Source: Coleofasciculus chthonoplastes F2-STO-03 (GTDB lineage: Bacteria; Cyanobacteriota; Cyanobacteriia; Cyanobacteriales; Coleofasciculaceae). From it: 64,000 bases of DNA. The stretch spans positions 1 through 64,000 of the forward strand of contig JAVJWO010000170.1 of assembly GCA_040222015.1 (NCBI GenBank), read 5' to 3'. Position 1 is the stretch's first letter; each line of letters opens with the position of its first letter. A program made the position numbers and the translations under genes. The notes under the pieces are model-generated. The model did no database searches. It saw nothing but the letters and a program-made list of their open reading frames with translations, and was not told where the DNA came from. Shown one piece after another: positions 9,045 to 18,859 of the stretch.

Positions 9045-10379
9045 TCAAAAAAATAAAGCCGAAAACACACAAGCCATAATTAACCCCGTCGCATCTGCCA
9101 ATAAAGCCGCCACCAATGCATAACGGATACGAGTAATGCCAACAGCGCCAAAATAAACCGCTAACACATAAAACGTTGTTTCCGTACTCCCCATCATCGT
9201 TGAAGCCAAAAACGCACTATAGGAATCCGGCGCTCGTTCCACGATTTCACTCATAATGCCAAACGTCCCTCCCCCAGAAAGAGGACGAATTAACGCCATC
9301 GGTAAAACTTCAGCAGGCATACCGATTAAACTGGTGATCGGATTTAATAGAGTCGAGAGTGCTTCCATCGCCCCCGACGCCCGAAACATACCAATTGCCA
9401 CTAAAATAGCGACTAAAAACGGAATAATCCGAATCGCAATCTCGAACCCCTGTACCGCCCCTTCTGTCACCGCTTCATAAACTTTCACCCCGCGTCCAAC
9501 CCCATAAGCGATAATCAATAAGATTAATGTAGGAATAAGCCAATAGGAAATAAAATCTTGGTTGAAGAAACCACCTAAACTTTGGCGGATGATCACGCCA
9601 TAAACCATAGAAAAGATAAATCCAGCAATAAACCCCCAGGCGATAATTTTAGAAATTCGACCTGCTGGATACAACAAATGGGAAAAATCAGGTTCTTCAA
9701 CGGGTTTAACCTCATCCTCGGTTTGCAGCACCGTTTCTTGTCCTGAACTATCCGCGACAGTCGTATCCGATACTTGACTCCGTTTGCGTAAAAACAACGC
9801 CACTAAAACCCCAACCAGGGTAGAACAAGTCGTAGCCAAAAACGTCGGTAGCCAAATTCCAGCCGGATCACTACTATTTGCCGCCGCCCGCACACCAATG
9901 ACACCCAGGGGAAATAAAGCCACACTGGATGTATTAATTGCCAAAAACAAGCACATCGCATCCGTTGCTGTTCCCGGGAACGGATTCAACTTATTCAACT
10001 CCACCATCGCCTTGATGCCAAATGGAGTCGCCGCATTCCCCAATCCCAGCATATTGGCAGAAATATTCAGAATCATTGCCCCCATCGCCGGATGGGTGGG
10101 GGGTACATCGGGAAAAAGTTTCACCATTAAGGGTTTGAGCAGAGTTGCCAGATTGTACATCAACCCTCCGGCTTCCAAAACCCGCACTAATCCTAACCAA
10201 AGCGCCATCACGCCAATCAAACCAATAGCTAACTCGACAGCCGTTTTAGCAGATTCAAAACTGGCGTCAGTAATGGCTTGCATCTTGTCGGTATACCCAG
10301 CAAATAGGATAGCGACAGCAATAAAGCCGACAAAAACAATGTTGATAGCGCTGGGCTTTCTTGATGGTTGGGAGGACAT
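9045..10379 (-). CDS. SpmA/SpmB-like fused nucleoside-recognition (Gate) membrane protein
   Basis: NISANMLGLGNAATPFGIKAM (SpmA) and RPLSGGG..MGSTETTFYVLAVYFGAVG (SpmB); ATG at 10379. Confidence 0.88.
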   Translation of the reverse strand: MSSQPSRKPSAINIVFVGFIAVAILFAGYTDKMQAITDASFESAKTAVELAIGLIGVMALWLGLVRVLEAGGLMYNLATLLKPLMVKLFPDVPPTHPAMGAMILNISANMLGLGNAATPFGIKAMVELNKLNPFPGTATDAMCLFLAINTSSVALFPLGVIGVRAAANSSDPAGIWLPTFLATTCSTLVGVLVALFLRKRSQVSDTTVADSSGQETVLQTEDEVKPVEEPDFSHLLYPAGRISKIIAWGFIAGFIFSMVYGVIIRQSLGGFFNQDFISYWLIPTLILLIIAYGVGRGVKVYEAVTEGAVQGFEIAIRIIPFLVAILVAIGMFRASGAMEALSTLLNPITSLIGMPAEVLPMALIRPLSGGGTFGIMSEIVERAPDSYSAFLASTMMGSTETTFYVLAVYFGAVGITRIRYALVAALLADATGLIMACVFSALFF

Positions 10380-10564
10380 ACTCAATAACCGTAAACAGAC
10401 AAACAAACTCATAGAATAACGGCAAAAGACCGAAGGCAAAAGCCCTCAGTCTTTTAATCGCTCTATAATAATCAGTTCTAGATGCTTGTCGGCTACCAAC
10501 AGTTCAATCAGTTCATAGGGAAACGAAGCGTTTTCGTTAGAAGGAGTCAGGTATCGCTGTCTAA

Positions 10565-10708
10565 TTACATTAAGCCGAGTTGTTGGAGAATGCCTTGCCC
10601 GGTGAGGTATTCAGTGGCGATACCGATAACGAAGCCTAGCATCGCCAAGCGACCATTCCAGGTTTCAGCAAATGAGGTAAAGCCAAACTTGGTTTCTTGT
10701 TCTTGCAT
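10565..10708 (-). CDS. hli: High-light-inducible protein (HLIP/SCP), 47 aa
   Basis: Hand translation MQEQETKFGFTSFAETWNGRLAMLGFVIGIATEYLTGQGILQQLGLM; chlorophyll-binding ExxNGRxAMxG motif; not in the ORF track. Confidence 0.95.
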   Translation of the reverse strand: MQEQETKFGFTSFAETWNGRLAMLGFVIGIATEYLTGQGILQQLGLM

Positions 10709-10772
10709 AATTCTTCCCTCTCAATACCTTTGGTGTACGTTCTTGCCTTGTCCAATGACCCGTCTCGGTGGA

Positions 10773-10916
10773 TTACATCAAGCCGAGTTGCTGGAGAATG
10801 CCTTGCCCGGTGAGCAATTCGGTGGCGATACCAATGACGAAGCCCAGCATCGCCAAGCGACCATTCCAGGTTTCCGCAAATGAGGTAAAGCCAAACTTGG
10901 TTTCTTGTTCTTGCAT
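10773..10916 (-). CDS. hli: High-light-inducible protein (HLIP/SCP), 47 aa, tandem paralog
   Basis: MQEQETKFGFTSFAETWNGRLAMLGFVIGIATELLTGQGILQQLGLM; AGGAG RBS upstream. Confidence 0.95.
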   Translation of the reverse strand: MQEQETKFGFTSFAETWNGRLAMLGFVIGIATELLTGQGILQQLGLM

Positions 10917-10940
10917 GAGTGGTGTCTCCTGTATCTGTCT

Positions 10941-10992
10941 CTTTAATAAAATTTAACTTAATTTTTCTAAACCTGCAACATTTCTTTAGGTT
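10941..10992 (-). promoter_or_regulatory. Putative hli promoter with degenerate HLR1 (RpaB)-like direct repeats
   Basis: AT-rich region directly upstream of the hli pair; GCAACATT-TC-TTTAGGTT resembles (G/T)TTACA(T/A)(T/A)-N2 repeats but is imperfect. Confidence 0.4.
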
Positions 10993-11026
10993 GATTGTCC
11001 ACGTAATATGGTAGTGAGGTTAAGTC

Positions 11027-11089
11027 AGGGCGGGTTTAGTTACATCTGGGTGAGGTCAAGAAACGGTAATCGTGAAACCCGCCCCTACA
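11027..11089. repeat. REP-like element (reverse orientation)
   Basis: AGGGCGGGTTTAG...GTGAAACCCGCCCCTACA. Confidence 0.85.
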
Positions 11090-11190
11090 CCCCTGACGCG
11101 CCAGGTTCCCTCAAAGGTTGTGAAAAATCACAACTCTCCTTTTCCCTTTAACCTGGAAATATCCCATTGCTACATTACGCGCGATCGCTC

Positions 11191-12558
11191 ATGAGATTTC
11201 TCCCTGTGTTGCTACTCTTACTACTGGTTCCCGTCACCGCTTGCAGTCCAGGAATAAACTCCAATAACCCCACCACAGAGGTTAAACCCTCACCAACCTC
11301 ATCCCCCACCGAAGCCGAATCATCCCCAACCTCCCAAGAAGCGGCGGCTGTACCCCCACAAAACCGCATTCCCACCGAAACCCTAACGCCTCAACCGATT
11401 ACCATTACCTTGGAGGATTTACCCCAACCCTTCGCCACCGATAGCGCCTCCAAATCCCCCAACGTCGTCCCCATCCCCCAAAAACCCACACTCAACGTCC
11501 CGCCAGGGTTTCAGGTTAACGTCTTTGCCGACGACTTAGATCGTCCCCGTTGGTTAGCGTTAACACCCACAGGTGATGTTTTAGTCACCGAAACCCGACA
11601 AAATCGCATTCGTCTCTTACGCGATACCAATGGGGATGGCGTCGCTGATGTCAAGAAAACCTTTGCCGATTCCCAAAATGGGTTAAATATTCCCTTTGGC
11701 ATGGCATTTACCGACGATTCCTTTTTCTTAGGGAACACCGGAGAAGTGATCCGATTCCCCTATCAAGATGGGCAAGAACAACTCACTGGAACCGGTGAAA
11801 AAATTGCTGTTCTCCCTGGTGGTGGGTATCGCCAACACTGGACGCGCAATGTAATTGTTTCCCCAGACGGCGAGAAACTCTATGTGTCCATTGGTTCCCG
11901 TTCCAATGTTGACGAGGAACCCCTCCCCCGCGCCTCGGTACAAGTGATGAATCTGGACGGTTCCAACTCACAAACCTTTGCTTATGGTTTACGTAATCCG
12001 GTGGGACTCGATTTTCACCCCACCACCAAGGAACTCTACACCACTGTGAACGAACGGGATCAACTGGGAGATAACCTGGTTCCCGACTACCTGACACGCA
12101 TTCGCCCAGGGGAATTCTACGGTTGGCCCTACGCCTATCTCGCCCCCCAGTTTATTGACCCACGTCAGGCGATGAATGGTGAGAGTAAACGCCCAGACTT
12201 AGTGGCGGAAACTCAAACGCCTGATGTGTTATTTCAATCCCACTCCGCCGCTTTAGGAGTACAATTTTATGACAAACAGACCTTTCCGGCGAAGTATCAC
12301 AATGGCGCGTTTGTCGCATTTCGTGGGTCTTGGAATCGCGATCGCGGAACGGGGTATAAACTGGTGTTTGTTCCCTTTGATGAGTCGGGACGACCCCAAG
12401 ATTATTATGAAGACTTTCTCACCGGGTTTCTGATTGACCCATCCGGACCAACGACTTGGGGACGCCCAGTTGGGGTAATGGTGTTACCCGATGGGAGTCT
12501 GTTGTTTACCGAAGAAGCGAATAATCGGATTTATCGGGTTCAGTATCAAGCGCCATGA
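11191..12558 (+). CDS. PQQ-dependent sugar/L-sorbosone dehydrogenase family lipoprotein (beta-propeller)
   Basis: Lipobox VTAC, QHWTRNV, YGLRNPVGLDF, VNERDQLGD, FRGSWNR, GRPVGV. Confidence 0.9.
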   Translation: MRFLPVLLLLLLVPVTACSPGINSNNPTTEVKPSPTSSPTEAESSPTSQEAAAVPPQNRIPTETLTPQPITITLEDLPQPFATDSASKSPNVVPIPQKPTLNVPPGFQVNVFADDLDRPRWLALTPTGDVLVTETRQNRIRLLRDTNGDGVADVKKTFADSQNGLNIPFGMAFTDDSFFLGNTGEVIRFPYQDGQEQLTGTGEKIAVLPGGGYRQHWTRNVIVSPDGEKLYVSIGSRSNVDEEPLPRASVQVMNLDGSNSQTFAYGLRNPVGLDFHPTTKELYTTVNERDQLGDNLVPDYLTRIRPGEFYGWPYAYLAPQFIDPRQAMNGESKRPDLVAETQTPDVLFQSHSAALGVQFYDKQTFPAKYHNGAFVAFRGSWNRDRGTGYKLVFVPFDESGRPQDYYEDFLTGFLIDPSGPTTWGRPVGVMVLPDGSLLFTEEANNRIYRVQYQAP

Positions 12559-12717
12559 GATACAGGATAAACGCACCTTAAGTTGTTAAGGTTTTGATGT
12601 AAGATAGAGATTTACCTATTGTCACGCAAAAACCTAAGTTCAACAGTATAGGTGTGGCTGTTAATCTGAAATTCTGAAACATACTGCAAAAATACCTAGT
12701 AATTGGGGAATGTTCTT

Positions 12718-13341
12718 ATGCAATATCTAAAACTTAATTTAGGATGTGGAAATCAAACACCAGAGAATTGGATTAATGTTGATTATTCTCTTGGCTCTCA
12801 AGTCGCCAAAATTCCCTTATTTTCCTTAGTGAATAGTCAGCTCAAAATCTTTAACCTGACTTGGGAAGAAAATATATTTATTCATGATTTGCGAAAAACA
12901 TTTCCTTGGTCAGATAATGAAATTGACTGTATTTATAGTTCTCACACCTTGGAACACTTAAGCAAAGATCAAGGTCACTACTTCTTACAAGAATGTCATC
13001 GGGTCTTAAAGCAAGATGGAATAATCCGGATCGTGGTTCCCGATCTGAAAGAGTTTGTTGAATGCTACACCAGAGGAGAAATGTTAGCGGAAGACTTCGT
13101 TAAAAAGCTCGAAGTATGGCAGGAATCTAATCAACAAAGTTCTCTCAAAATAACATTTCAGCGTTTTTTCAGCTTTCCCCATCAATGTATGTATGACCAG
13201 GACAGTCTAATGAGAATTATGTCAAACATTGGGTTTAAGTGCCAAATTAAAAAGCCCTTTGAAAGTGAAATTGACGATATCAAGATTATTGAGCCTCCTG
13301 ATCGCACAGAAGCGGCGGTAATTGTTGAGGGGAAAAAGTAA
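12718..13341 (+). CDS. SAM-dependent methyltransferase (type 11-like)
   Basis: LNLGCG, IYSSHTLEHL, RVLKQDGIIRIVVPD. Confidence 0.88.
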   Translation: MQYLKLNLGCGNQTPENWINVDYSLGSQVAKIPLFSLVNSQLKIFNLTWEENIFIHDLRKTFPWSDNEIDCIYSSHTLEHLSKDQGHYFLQECHRVLKQDGIIRIVVPDLKEFVECYTRGEMLAEDFVKKLEVWQESNQQSSLKITFQRFFSFPHQCMYDQDSLMRIMSNIGFKCQIKKPFESEIDDIKIIEPPDRTEAAVIVEGKK

Positions 13342-13400
13342 TATTTTCCAGGTAAATAAGTACGCGGAGGAGCGTCATTTTTCATTCGTCATTTGTAATC

Positions 13401-14867
13401 ATGCAAATCCCTATCATTCTCCCTTTCAAAACTGAAAACTCGGGTTGGGGTGGGTTTACTTCCATCGGCGTAGGAAAAGACACGATAAGAGTCAAGCCCG
13501 CCCCTATATCCCTGAAAATACTTGTCTTGGCGATTTCCCTCATCATGACTCCAGGGTTCAACAACACCACCCATGCGGCTAACCCCCAACACTTAGAACA
13601 ACTCAAAACAACCAATACTTGTCCTCAATGTGACTTAACCGATGCTGATTTAACCAATGCCAATCTTCAGCAGGCAGAGTTGAGCGGTGCTAACTTAAAG
13701 GGGGCAATCCTAGCGGGGGCTAACCTAAATCGAGCCAATCTCAGCAATGCCGAATTAAACGGTGCTAAACTGGCTGGGGCAACCTTGGCAAGGGCTAATT
13801 TGAGAGAAGCGAAACTGGGGTTAAGAGAACAGGATGCTGACAACCCCTTACCATCTCAAGTCGAACCCGATAATCTCTACAATACCCTATCCTGGCTAGG
13901 CTATTTCCCCACATTTATTGCCCATTGGTATGCAGCCGTCGTCACCGATTTGCGCGATGCTAACCTCCAGGGGGCTGACTTGTATCGGGCTAACTTGGAT
14001 GGGGCGCTACTGAGTCGTGCGAATCTCCAAGATGCCCAACTGGACTACGCCAGCTTAGTCCGCACTTACTTAAGAGAAGCCACACTCACCAACGCCAACT
14101 TAGTCAGTGCTGATTTACGCAATGCTAATTTAACCGACGCCCAACTGGAAGTAGCCGATATTCGCTCGGCGGATTTGGGGGGCGCTAACCTGAATAATGC
14201 TAATCTGGATACCGTGAATGCGGATAGTGCTAACTTAAGTAGTGCTAATTTAAGTCGAGCTTATATTACTAATGCGGACTTCAATGGTGCGATTTTAGTG
14301 AAGACAAAACTGCAAGGGGCGGTTCTGAATGGGAGCAATTTTCAGATCGCGGATTTGAGTCAGGCGAATTTACAAGGGGCGCAACTAAAAGGGATAGGCT
14401 TCAATCGGGCTAATTTGACTAAGGCGAATCTGGAGGGGGCAGACTTGACTAATGCTAAACTCGCGATCGCAGACCTAACCAATGCCCAACTAACTGGCGC
14501 GATTCTCCACTCCGCTTACCTACACAGCGCCACGCTAACCTATGCTAATTTAATTGGTGTAGATTTACAGGAGGCGCAATTGCGAGAGGCAAATTTAAGT
14601 AATGTTACATTGGTTGGCGCCACGTTAGCAGATGCCAATCTGATTCGTTCCACGTTAACTGGAGCTAATTTAACCTATACCAACTTAACCCGATGCGATT
14701 TACGCGGCGCTAACTTAACCGGGGCAGATTTGAGTTACGCCAACCTAACCCAAGCTGATTTTGCCCAAGCTGCGTTGATGGGTGTTACCTTACAGGGAGC
14801 GAACCTCAGCGACGCCAACTTCAAGGGCGCGATCGGATTTAACCGTTATGTTGTACCTAACCAATAA
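13401..14867 (+). CDS. Pentapeptide-repeat protein (exported type)
   Basis: AANPQHLEQL..CPQCDL then long A(D/N)LxxA repeats; N-terminus contains a REP-like element, so the start is uncertain. Confidence 0.92.
   Translation: MQIPIILPFKTENSGWGGFTSIGVGKDTIRVKPAPISLKILVLAISLIMTPGFNNTTHAANPQHLEQLKTTNTCPQCDLTDADLTNANLQQAELSGANLKGAILAGANLNRANLSNAELNGAKLAGATLARANLREAKLGLREQDADNPLPSQVEPDNLYNTLSWLGYFPTFIAHWYAAVVTDLRDANLQGADLYRANLDGALLSRANLQDAQLDYASLVRTYLREATLTNANLVSADLRNANLTDAQLEVADIRSADLGGANLNNANLDTVNADSANLSSANLSRAYITNADFNGAILVKTKLQGAVLNGSNFQIADLSQANLQGAQLKGIGFNRANLTKANLEGADLTNAKLAIADLTNAQLTGAILHSAYLHSATLTYANLIGVDLQEAQLREANLSNVTLVGATLADANLIRSTLTGANLTYTNLTRCDLRGANLTGADLSYANLTQADFAQAALMGVTLQGANLSDANFKGAIGFNRYVVPNQ
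13447..13507. repeat. REP-like element in frame in the 5' end of the pentapeptide ORF
   Basis: GGGGTGGGTTTA...AAGCCCGCCCCTATA. Confidence 0.75.
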
Positions 14868-14896
14868 TCAATCAGCATTTAATATATATATGTAGG

Positions 14897-15030
14897 TAGT
14901 GGCATGGCACAACTAAAATAGGGCTTTGTTTGTAGTAAGCACTTTAGTGCTATAACGCCTAGCTGGAGAGGGCTAAAGCCCTCACTACGAACCCAAGCTA
15001 ATCTACCCAATTAGGCGTGCCACGCCAATA
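14897..15030. mobile_element. MITE-like element with a nested GTAG REP doublet
   Basis: TIRs TAGTGGCATGGCAC (14897-14910)/GTGCCACGCCAATA (15017-15030); inner GTAGTAAGCACTTTAGTGCT...AGGGCTAAAGCCCTCACTAC (14932-14988). Confidence 0.65.
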
Positions 15031-15278
15031 GGATGTAAGTTCTATTTTGTTGACTTACCCTCTGAGGAATCAAGATACTGGATATGTTATTTTGTGAAGA
15101 AAGTATTTAAATGAGCGAAAAGCACTTTTAGAATATTAATGTGGATAGGAGCAGATTATATGCCAGTAAGATACTTACTCTACGAATGATAACTTTAAAA
15201 AATGTTATGCTCCTGAGCGAATCGCCTTTACATCTGGTATACTTTCCCTCAAAGCGTGTCTAGCGGGCTACCAAACCT

Positions 15279-16760
15279 ATGTTATTTAATAGCTTTGCTT
15301 TCTTAGTCTTCTTTTTAATCACGTTCTCGATTTACTACTTACCCGCCTGCAAGAATCTACAAATCCCCATATTAATTGTAGCGAGTTTGATATTTTACAG
15401 TTGGGATAATCCTATACTGGTTATCTTACTGATTATATCCATGCTTCTGAATGGGTTCACCAGTTTCCGAGTTGCTCATGCGGCTGATAGAAAAGGTGAA
15501 CTATTTTGGGCATTTACAGGCGTTACGATTAACTTGGCGATATTGGGTTTGTTTAAGTATGGGTCTTTATTAACCCATTTATTCGTTGATAACTTAACCA
15601 GCGTCACCCCGGGAGAAGGTGCTATTGCTCTACTGTTACACTTGCCGCTACCAATTGGGATTTCATTTTATACATTTCAAGGAATTAGTTTAGTTGTCGA
15701 TGTTTTTAGAAATAGAGATAAAGACAACTCTTATGTAGGAGACAGTTTAGTCCGTCATCTAGTTAATACTTCATTTTTTATCGCATTATTCCCCCAAATT
15801 ATTGCTGGTCCTATTGTCAAAGCCAATACGTTTTTTCCCCAGATAGAGACGAAGTATTTTAAGTATATTAAGTGGGATATTGTTTTCCGTTCCTTGACCA
15901 TTGGTTATTTCTTGAAAATGGTCGTAGCGGATAACTTAAAAGATTATACCTTTTGGATCGCCTGTCCATACTGCCAAGGACAAGCCACTTCAACAAATTT
16001 AGTTTTACTCTTTGGCTACTCGATGCAAATCTTTGCCGACTTCGCTGGATACTCGATCATTGCCATCGGTTTGGGGGCAGCGTTAGGATACCGTTTTCCA
16101 GAGAATTTTAACTTCCCTTATATTTCGCGATCGATTGCTGAATTCTGGCGGCGTTGGCATATTTCCTTGTCAAGTTGGTTACGCGATTATTTATATTTTC
16201 CTTTAGGGGGGAATCGGAAGGGGCAAACTAGAACCTATATTAACTTGATGATTGTTATGACACTTGGAGGGCTGTGGCATGGCGCTGCTTGGAGTTATGC
16301 AGTTTGGGGAATGTTTCATGGGTTGGGTTTAGCCTTAGAACGATTTTTGGGTTTGGCGAACAAGAAAGCCGAAGAACAGGTAAAGCAATTACCATTCTGG
16401 CAACAGTTTATCTTAGATTTTATTCGAGTAACGATTGTATTTTGGTTTGTATCCCTGGGCTGGCTGTTGTTTAAATTACCTGAGTTTGGAGAAGCACTAC
16501 AGTTTATGGGAGCGCTGTTCAATAATGTAGGTAAACCTCCAGATTTAAGGTTTGTGGCTCCGATTTTAATTTTCTCGTTACCCGTGGTTATTTATCATAT
16601 ACCCCATTTTCCTACATTTGAACATCTAACCAACCGTTATCTTAATCCCTCAAAAAATAAAGTCGCAAAAGGGATTCAAACCATAGCTCTAGCGACAATG
16701 TTATTTTTTATCCTATTAAACAGTGGCAGCTCTAATGAATTCATCTACTTCCAATTCTAG
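15279..16760 (+). CDS. MBOAT-family O-acetyltransferase (AlgI/PatA-like)
   Basis: MLFNS, LPIGISFYTFQ, AGPI, DFAGYS, FWRRWHISLSSWLRDYLYFPLGG, GLWHGA, terminal FIYFQF. Confidence 0.95.
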   Translation: MLFNSFAFLVFFLITFSIYYLPACKNLQIPILIVASLIFYSWDNPILVILLIISMLLNGFTSFRVAHAADRKGELFWAFTGVTINLAILGLFKYGSLLTHLFVDNLTSVTPGEGAIALLLHLPLPIGISFYTFQGISLVVDVFRNRDKDNSYVGDSLVRHLVNTSFFIALFPQIIAGPIVKANTFFPQIETKYFKYIKWDIVFRSLTIGYFLKMVVADNLKDYTFWIACPYCQGQATSTNLVLLFGYSMQIFADFAGYSIIAIGLGAALGYRFPENFNFPYISRSIAEFWRRWHISLSSWLRDYLYFPLGGNRKGQTRTYINLMIVMTLGGLWHGAAWSYAVWGMFHGLGLALERFLGLANKKAEEQVKQLPFWQQFILDFIRVTIVFWFVSLGWLLFKLPEFGEALQFMGALFNNVGKPPDLRFVAPILIFSLPVVIYHIPHFPTFEHLTNRYLNPSKNKVAKGIQTIALATMLFFILLNSGSSNEFIYFQF

Positions 16761-17646
16761 TTGGCGCTTCATGGTGCGTCCGCTATTAATCTTGATTTTC
16801 TTACTGAGCTTATATCATACATTGACTGCGGGAAAAGTATTACCGTCTAGTGAAGGCATTAGTATCGAGGAAACGAACTATGTTAAGGTAGAAAAGTATG
16901 TCTATCACGAGAGCAAAATTGATGTGTTATTAGTGGGAAGTTCGCGCACCGCTAAACTTGATCCTCAGTATATTAGTGATGACGCACAAAATCTAGGAAT
17001 GCGAGGTTTTTCTTCTACTCTGGGCTTAGAGCTAGTTAAAAATACAGAATTAAAGCCATCAATAGTACTGGTAGAAATTAATGGCACAATTGGACTAACT
17101 GATGAAGAATTAATAAAATCGTTATTTGATCCTTTAACGTATTATACTCGCCTATATTTTCCTATGTTTAGGACTGAGTATAGACCCGTTAGTGTTTTTA
17201 TCCAAGCTGTCCGAAATTTGTTGGAGAATCTAAATATTATTACACTGGAAGAAATAGATCAAGCCAGAGTTAATCCAGCATTTAGAGAAAAAATAGTACA
17301 AGAAAAACTTAAAGAGTATAATCAAACATTATCGCAAAAAGAAAAAACAGATTTAAGGTACAAGGCGGAATCTATTAAATCTAAAATTGAGGAAATCGAA
17401 AATTCTGGTGTGCAAGTTTTTCTATATGATATCCCTGGAGATCGCCGTATTGATAATACAATGAAGTCAAGTCAAGAGCGAGAACTTTTGCAAAATTTAT
17501 TTCCTTCAAATAAGTTTGAGTGGTTACCTGAACCTCCGGATAGAGATTGGAATACATCTGATGGTGTTCACTTGATTAGTAATGATGCTAAGGTTTTTAC
17601 GGAATTTATTAGAACTCAAATGTCTGGTGTAGGGGCGAGTCGCTGA
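16732..17646 (+). CDS. SGNH-like periplasmic partner of the MBOAT (AlgJ/PatB/DltD-like)
   Basis: N-terminal TM, LLVGSSR (block I), C-terminal DGVHL (DxxH); overlaps the MBOAT 3' end. Confidence 0.72.
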   Translation, partial: LMNSSTSNSSWRFMVRPLLILIFLLSLYHTLTAGKVLPSSEGISIEETNYVKVEKYVYHESKIDVLLVGSSRTAKLDPQYISDDAQNLGMRGFSSTLGLELVKNTELKPSIVLVEINGTIGLTDEELIKSLFDPLTYYTRLYFPMFRTEYRPVSVFIQAVRNLLENLNIITLEEIDQARVNPAFREKIVQEKLKEYNQTLSQKEKTDLRYKAESIKSKIEEIENSGVQVFLYDIPGDRRIDNTMKSSQERELLQNLFPSNKFEWLPEPPDRDWNTSDGVHLISNDAKVFTEFIRTQMSGVGASR

Positions 17647-17821
17647 ACTAAGGTTAAGGGAGTCAGTTGTCACACATTTAAATTGAATGGCACTGAATTA
17701 AGCTTTTGTAGTAAGCGCTTCTGGTACACTTCGTGCCAACTAGGAAACCAGTTTACAGTAGAATGGCAGGCTCATTGGAGTTGAGACTAAATATCAAAGG
17801 GTTCCACCAAGATTTAAGTAT

Positions 17822-17892
17822 TAGACATCTCCGAAAAAGAATCTGAAACCCTTACCCTGTCTAGGTGAAAACCTAATTCCTGGAGATGTCTA
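17822..17892. mobile_element. Small MITE-like element
   Basis: Perfect 11-bp TIR TAGACATCTCC/GGAGATGTCTA. Confidence 0.7.
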
Positions 17893-18172
17893 TTGACAAA
17901 AAACATGGCTTGTGATTTAGTTTGATAGTTATCCCAAGACAAAATAACGGAATGCTTCTCTAGAGGGACTCGTTCCCAAAAAAGGCTTATCCGAGCAGTA
18001 TTGTGTGTGAAAGCGACTCTGAAAACTGATTTTGAAGCGATCGCTCTTTTTTCCCAGGTAGGTAGTATAATCTAATATATAACTGATGCGTAAAATCAAA
18101 CTACCTAATCATAGTAAATTTACTCTGAAACACTGAAGTGCTTAGTTTAGCTTAGATTAGAGGCTACAAACA

Positions 18173-18799
18173 ATGAATAAACAACTAAAAAAAATTATCA
18201 AACATATCATTCGATTATTGGCACAACACATAAAGTCAAGACTTTATATCATGAATTTATTAAAAAACCAAGAAAAAATTTATTTAGAAATTGGTGCAGG
18301 AGACAAAAAGGGTGAAAATGGTTGGGTTACCCTAGATTTAAGTATGAAGAGCGATATATGCTGGGATTTGCGTGAAGGCATACCTTTTCCAGATGAAAGT
18401 ATTCATAAAATATATTCATCTCATCTTTTTGAACATCTGTACTTTGAAGAAGGACAACTATTACTCAATGAGTGCTTAAGAGTTTTAGTAAAAGACGGAA
18501 TATTTTCAATTTGTGTACCCAATGCACGACTATATATTGAATCCTATTTGAGAGGCAATGAATTAGATAAAAGTAAGTTTTTTGGTTATAAATTAGCCTA
18601 CAACAATACATCGAGAATAGATTATGTAAACTACACAGCATACATGGATAAGCAACATAAGTACATGTTTGATGAAGAAAATCTGGTTGCAGTACTAGAA
18701 AAGGCGAACTTCAGGAATGTACACTTAAGAGAATTTGATCCTGATCTGGACAAACAAGAAAGAGATTTTGAATCGATATATGCTGAAGCTCAAAAATAA
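18173..18799 (+). CDS. SAM-dependent methyltransferase (type 11-like), paralog of 12718-13341
   Basis: LEIGAG, IYSSHLFEHL, RVLVKDGIFSICVP. Confidence 0.88.
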   Translation: MNKQLKKIIKHIIRLLAQHIKSRLYIMNLLKNQEKIYLEIGAGDKKGENGWVTLDLSMKSDICWDLREGIPFPDESIHKIYSSHLFEHLYFEEGQLLLNECLRVLVKDGIFSICVPNARLYIESYLRGNELDKSKFFGYKLAYNNTSRIDYVNYTAYMDKQHKYMFDEENLVAVLEKANFRNVHLREFDPDLDKQERDFESIYAEAQK

Positions 18800-18859
18800 T
18801 TATTATTTTCATCAACTGCCCTGCGCTAGTCAACTTAATGAAATTTAAGAGGCGATTTT

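Noticed and set aside
9784..10419. Long antisense ORFs (9784-10419, 54915-55355, 60526-60966, 25374-25781)
   Set aside because: Fully overlap well-supported genes on the opposite strand; composition reflects the sense codons
10482..10956. Plus-strand ORFs 10482-10883 and 10768-10956 with repeated peptide
   Set aside because: Antisense shadows of the two hli genes
17650..17820. Possible IS remnant after the SGNH gene
   Set aside because: Only isolated repeat ends; no transposase frame or paired TIR could be supported
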